Source: an uncultured Bacillota bacterium | GTDB taxonomy: Bacteria; Bacillota; Clostridia; Christensenellales; UBA1242 | Length of the DNA: 64,000 nt | Direction: 5' to 3' | NCBI GenBank assembly: GCA_949289785.1 | Contig: CASEOW010000035.1 | Coordinates: 13,851 to 77,850 of the forward strand | Shown: positions 59,766 to 64,000 of the stretch, in pieces | How the letters are laid out: each line of letters starts with the position of its first letter | How positions within the stretch are numbered: the stretch's first letter is position 1 | Notes under the pieces: model-generated | What the model saw: only the letters and a program-made list of their open reading frames with translations | Databases searched by the model: none | What the model was told of the DNA's origin: nothing | Translations under genes and position numbers: made by a program

Positions 59766-60812
59766 TTATATTAATTTCTTTTTATTGTTAGTTTTATATA
59801 TCGTAGCAACTATTGATGGTAGAACAAAAGATGAATTATATAATGTTACTATTAAACTTATAAGTATACCTAATGCTACATATCTAACACCTGGCACAGA
59901 TATAGCTATAAAAATTATAAAAAATAAAATTAACCAAATGTATATTATGGATTTTTTTATAAATATTTCTTTAGAAGTAGAATTAACTATATCTTTAAGA
60001 TTAGTATGTGAATACTTGTCAGTTTTTATATTATATTTGAGTTTACTATACAAATAGAAAATATTAAATAGACTTAGACACAAAGTTGTTAATAATACAA
60101 CACCAATGTTTAAAGAAACAACAATTCTACAGATAAGAATTAAAGATAAAACAGTTAATAAATCTAAAAAAACTATCATCAACATAGGAATAAAAGCTAA
60201 TTTGTTATATCTTAATGAAATATAAAGCATAGATGCTACTAAAGCAAAAACAATTCCGGCAAGTAATGCAATAACATAATCGAATGTTTGTATTGGCTGT
60301 ATATAATCTATATCAGAAACTGCTTGTGTATAATCATTATAACCAAAAGCAACTAATAAACTATCTTTTAATGTTTGATTTTGTTCATTAATTTTATCTT
60401 TTCCTAAAGTATTTGCAAAATCTACTTGAACTGCTTGACCATTAATTACTAAATAATCATCAATATTCATAGTTGCAGTTCTATAAGATGATATTTTAAT
60501 TCCTTGATTTGATAAAGTATCTTCAATTAAATTTTTTACTTTTTCATAATCTTTAGTATTGTTTAAGTCGTAACTAGCTATATTTTCACCAAAATTATTT
60601 TCATTGTTCACATAAATGGTAAATGTGCTATAACCAGTAAGTTGATTACTTAAGTTAAATCCTACAGTGCTAATTAAAATAATTCCTACTAGCATTAATA
60701 TTAATGGTGCAATAATAAAATATAAAAAGTTTTTGCAAATATCAAGTTTTGAATTTAAAAATTTTTCTTGTAATTTTACATCAATAGGTTTTTTCATAAC
60801 TTTCTTTTTCAT
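59766..60812 (-). CDS. secF: Divergent SecF-like translocase subunit
   Basis: TM1, extracytoplasmic domain and five further TMs; directly after secD; signature motifs eroded. Confidence 0.7.
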   Translation of the reverse strand: MKKKVMKKPIDVKLQEKFLNSKLDICKNFLYFIIAPLILMLVGIILISTVGFNLSNQLTGYSTFTIYVNNENNFGENIASYDLNNTKDYEKVKNLIEDTLSNQGIKISSYRTATMNIDDYLVINGQAVQVDFANTLGKDKINEQNQTLKDSLLVAFGYNDYTQAVSDIDYIQPIQTFDYVIALLAGIVFALVASMLYISLRYNKLAFIPMLMIVFLDLLTVLSLILICRIVVSLNIGVVLLTTLCLSLFNIFYLYSKLKYNIKTDKYSHTNLKDIVNSTSKEIFIKKSIIYIWLILFFIIFIAISVPGVRYVALGILISLIVTLYNSSFVLPSIVATIYKTNNKKKLI

Positions 60813-62239
60813 TAATTATCACCCCCTTCATTAAAATGGGCAATATCAAGGTCTTGTGTTAAATTTAAGTTTTCTTCATCTTTATTTACAATCTTTTCTT
60901 CTTTAATTTCTTTAACTTTGCTATCTCTATAAAGATGCATTTTGTATGCTTTTGTGCTATTAATAGGCAAATATAATTTAATAAACCATCTTAATAATGC
61001 TAAAGAAATAAATAATGAAACTATAGAACCAAAGAAAATTGTAATAGCAAAGCATTTCATTGAATATGGTGCAAAGATCCAAACAAAAATTGAAGCAAGC
61101 ATAATCATTACATGACTATCAAATATAGGCCACAATGCTTTTTTTTGACCACCTTTACAAGAAAGATGTATTTTTTTACCTAAAGCATACTCTTCTTTAA
61201 TTTTTTCAAATACTATCGCAATAGCAATTAAAGAAATAAAGTAAGCAATAAGACAGCCAAAAACACCTGCAAGGTTAAGTGTTATAAAAGGAATTGATTG
61301 CATTAAAAATAAGAAAATGATTATAAAATAAAGATTTGCTAGGATGCCTAAGAGACCAAGAGAACCATATCTTATAAACATAAATATTAACGATAAAACA
61401 ACAATAATTAATGTTGCAATACCTATAAATAATAATATATTTTTTCCTAAGATAGCACTAATTGGACTAGTTTGAATAAGACTTATATCTTCAGATATAC
61501 TTCCACTTATTATTGAATAAGCCATCTCTGTTAATGTTGAAGTGTTAGAAGTAGAACCTGAATAAGCTCCTTCGCTGCTAGCATTAATATAAACTCCGTT
61601 TTTTAAATCATCTAGGCTAACTTCTGCCCAAAAACTATCTGAAGAAAGTTCTCCTAAATAAAAGTGAGCTGTTGTTTTTTTAGTTAAAGACGCATCATCT
61701 TTCATTTTAGCAATTGAATCTTTACCAAATTGGTTAAAAAATAATTTAATAGCGTAAGCAGAAGTGTCATAATTATAAGTTGGTTCTGCTTTTGCAATAT
61801 CCTCTCCAGTGATATAAGTAGTGGCATCAGTTACAGTGTCAGACAATTTTTCTAGTGTTACATACAATTTTTTTCCATTTGCAAAATTTACAAAACTAGC
61901 ATCTGTTTCGTTAGCATTTGAAGCTAAAATCCTAATTTTATCTTCACCTTGTCTTTCTACTACAATTTCTGAATACCCTGTAATAGAAAATATATCTTCA
62001 ATCTTGGTTATATTTTGATCTATTGTGGTAGATATTGATTGACCATTTGAACCACTTTCCACTTGATAAATAGCGCTCACTCCACCTTTTAAATCTAATC
62101 CTTTATCAATTGCAAAAATAAATCCATTATAATTATTAGTGGAAGCAGGAACTGCAAAAGGACATACACAAAGAAGTATGCCCAAAATAGCAATTATGAA
62201 TAACAATACAAAAGATACAATAGAATTTTTCTTTAACAT
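60812..62239 (-). CDS. secD: Divergent SecD-like translocase subunit
   Basis: GLDLKGG, V.RQG.D.I, ISAILG, TLNLAG, FEKIKEE, IFDSH. Confidence 0.85.
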   Translation of the reverse strand: MLKKNSIVSFVLLFIIAILGILLCVCPFAVPASTNNYNGFIFAIDKGLDLKGGVSAIYQVESGSNGQSISTTIDQNITKIEDIFSITGYSEIVVERQGEDKIRILASNANETDASFVNFANGKKLYVTLEKLSDTVTDATTYITGEDIAKAEPTYNYDTSAYAIKLFFNQFGKDSIAKMKDDASLTKKTTAHFYLGELSSDSFWAEVSLDDLKNGVYINASSEGAYSGSTSNTSTLTEMAYSIISGSISEDISLIQTSPISAILGKNILLFIGIATLIIVVLSLIFMFIRYGSLGLLGILANLYFIIIFLFLMQSIPFITLNLAGVFGCLIAYFISLIAIAIVFEKIKEEYALGKKIHLSCKGGQKKALWPIFDSHVMIMLASIFVWIFAPYSMKCFAITIFFGSIVSLFISLALLRWFIKLYLPINSTKAYKMHLYRDSKVKEIKEEKIVNKDEENLNLTQDLDIAHFNEGGDN

Positions 62240-62352
62240 TTAACAAAAATCCTTTTAAGATAAATAAAATTTAGAATTTATGTTTTTATTAAAAACAATT
62301 TACTCTCATAATTATATAGAATTAAAAGGACTATGTCAAATATTTTAATGTT

Positions 62353-62772
62353 TTAATTTGTACTTTTTTTAATATTTACACAAATTATTCCACAGATAGC
62401 GCCTATAACTGCACCAAATACTATATCAGTTAATAAAGTTACATCTAAACTAAAACTTGCACTTAATATTGAAAAAATTAGAAAAGCAAGAATAGTATAA
62501 ATAAAACCTATAAGCAATCCGCTAACTAGTCCTAATTCTTTAGAATTTTTAAGACCAATAAATACTCCTAAAAAAATACTTACACCTTTGATAACTTGGT
62601 TTACTGGTAAAATTATGCTATCAGAAATATTAGTAAACTTTAACAAAAATGCAAATACAAGCACAAGTATTAAAGAAATACAAAGTGCTATTAAACTGCC
62701 TTTAAAAACATATTTCATAATTGGAGAAGTTGTTCTAGTCTTAACAGCATTTTTATTTGCTTTCACTTTCAT
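62353..62772 (-). CDS. TIGR04086/YrzE-like membrane protein
   Basis: Four TM helices with G...GLL.G..Y and GAI.GI..VN motifs; canonical position after yajC. Confidence 0.8.
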   Translation of the reverse strand: MKVKANKNAVKTRTTSPIMKYVFKGSLIALCISLILVLVFAFLLKFTNISDSIILPVNQVIKGVSIFLGVFIGLKNSKELGLVSGLLIGFIYTILAFLIFSILSASFSLDVTLLTDIVFGAVIGAICGIICVNIKKSTN

Positions 62773-62895
62773 AATTGACTCCTTTTTATATTTTTATACA
62801 TTTTGTTTAAAAATGATTTCATGATAAAATATGCTAAAAATTTATGAAAAATAACCTTTATAAAATTATTTTAATTAAATAAAAAATAATATAAA

Positions 62896-62925
62896 TAAAA
62901 AAACAAGGCAACGCCTTGTTTTTTT
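62896..62925 (-). terminator. Terminator after yajC
   Basis: AAAAAACAAGGC-AAC-GCCTTGTTTTTT. Confidence 0.8.
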
Positions 62926-62940
62926 ATTGTTAATAATAAT

Positions 62941-63477
62941 TTATTTATCTTCTGAAGTTTTCTTTTTTCTTCCTTTTTTAGAACTTTTATTTTCGTCCAA
63001 ATTTTCTTTTAATTTATCTTCTGTGTTTGCATTATTTAATTCTTCTTTATCGTTATTATTTTCAATTATATTACCAGTTTGATTATTTTCATTTAAATTT
63101 TCTTCTTTTTTTTCTGTTTCTTGTTGTTTATTTGTTTCATTAGAGTTTGAATTATTAGAAACAGAATCTTCTACTTTTTCTAATTCTTGTTCATCTCTAA
63201 AAATTGTATAAATTGCATATGCATCAACAGAAATATAACCTTTCTTTTTATCAACACCAGTTTCTATTGTAACTATAGTTTTTTCTCCTTCTTTATGAAG
63301 ATCGACAATAGTACCGTAAACTCCACTAGTTGTTAATACTTTATCACCTCTTTTTAGTGAATTAGTTTGTTCTTGCATTCTTTGATTTTCCTTTTTATTT
63401 CTTGAGGAAATTAAAATAGGATAAATAATAATTAAAAGAACAATAAAGACAATTAAAATAATTTGTGTTGCGTCCAT
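62941..63477 (-). CDS. yajC: Preprotein translocase subunit YajC with long polar tail
   Basis: N-terminal TM; SLKRGDKVLTTSGVYGTIV. Confidence 0.92.
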   Translation of the reverse strand: MDATQIILIVFIVLLIIIYPILISSRNKKENQRMQEQTNSLKRGDKVLTTSGVYGTIVDLHKEGEKTIVTIETGVDKKKGYISVDAYAIYTIFRDEQELEKVEDSVSNNSNSNETNKQQETEKKEENLNENNQTGNIIENNNDKEELNNANTEDKLKENLDENKSSKKGRKKKTSEDK

Positions 63478-63540
63478 TTTTCCTCCTATAAATTATAACT
63501 AATCTTAACATAATTATATCATTTTTCAAAACATTTTAGA

Positions 63541-64000
63541 CTATATTTTTTTAGATTTTATTTCATTTTGCAATCTTATGATAAAATCTGACAAATTTAG
63601 TCCTGATTTATTTTCAAATCCTCTTCCCCTAATTGAAATAGTTTTATTTTGTTCTTCTTCATCACCTACAATAATAAGATAAGGTATTTTCATATTTAAA
63701 GCTTCTCTAATTTTATAACCAATTTTTTCATTTCTTAAATCAGTTTCTACTCTAATTCCTTCATCTTTAAGTTGTTGTGCAATAAGTTTTGCATAATCAT
63801 TATTTCTTTCTGTAAGTGATAAAACTTTTACTTGTTCAGGGCTAAGCCATAAAGGGAATGCTCCAGCGTATTTTTCAATTAAATAAGCAAGAGTTCTTTC
63901 ATAACAACCAATAGAAGTTCTATGAATTATATAAGGGTTTTTCTTAGAACCATCTTTATCTGTATATTCCATTCCAAATTTTTCAGCCAACATTTGATCT
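63541..64000 (-). CDS. thrS: Threonine--tRNA ligase (3' end only; starts beyond the window)
   Basis: P.IIHR.S.G..ER, YAGAFPLWLSPEQV, EKIGYKIREA. Confidence 0.97.
   Translation of the reverse strand, partial: DQMLAEKFGMEYTDKDGSKKNPYIIHRTSIGCYERTLAYLIEKYAGAFPLWLSPEQVKVLSLTERNNDYAKLIAQQLKDEGIRVETDLRNEKIGYKIREALNMKIPYLIIVGDEEEQNKTISIRGRGFENKSGLNLSDFIIRLQNEIKSKKI

Overview
Very AT-rich chromosomal window from a spore-forming, apparently genome-reduced member of the Clostridia (inferred from spoIIIAA-AH, spoIVB, a T-box, an L20 leader and sigma-A promoters). Most of it is housekeeping: clpP-clpX, pheST, iscS-thiI, argR-recN-spoIVB, rny, serS, tgt-queA-ruvBAC, infC-rpmI-rplT, xseAB-nusB, spoIIIA, efp, rimP-nusA-infB-rbfA-truB, rpsB-tsf-frr-uppS-cdsA-rseP, secDF-yajC, thrS. 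Dominant gene orientation flips from + to - near 19-21 kb, as expected at the replication terminus. The main points of interest are: (1) a candidate single-recombinase terminus module, with a perfectly symmetric 15-6-15 dif-like site at 21222-21257, an XerS-like recombinase carrying a copy of one arm near its promoter, and an adjacent PadR-wHTH / long linker / membrane-anchor protein and degenerate nucleotidyltransferase-like protein; (2) a 514-aa PolC derivative at the polC locus that keeps the N-terminal region, OB fold and DEDDh exonuclease plus a QSNLF clamp-type motif but lacks the PHP and polymerase domains; (3) a rare tRNA-Leu with an AAG anticodon; (4) SecD and SecF lacking the conserved proton-relay residues; (5) dxr, ispG, ispA, dxs, pyrH, ribF and spo0A absent from their canonical positions. 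No CRISPR array, IS element or prophage was seen. All homology calls come from motif recognition by eye, not database searches.
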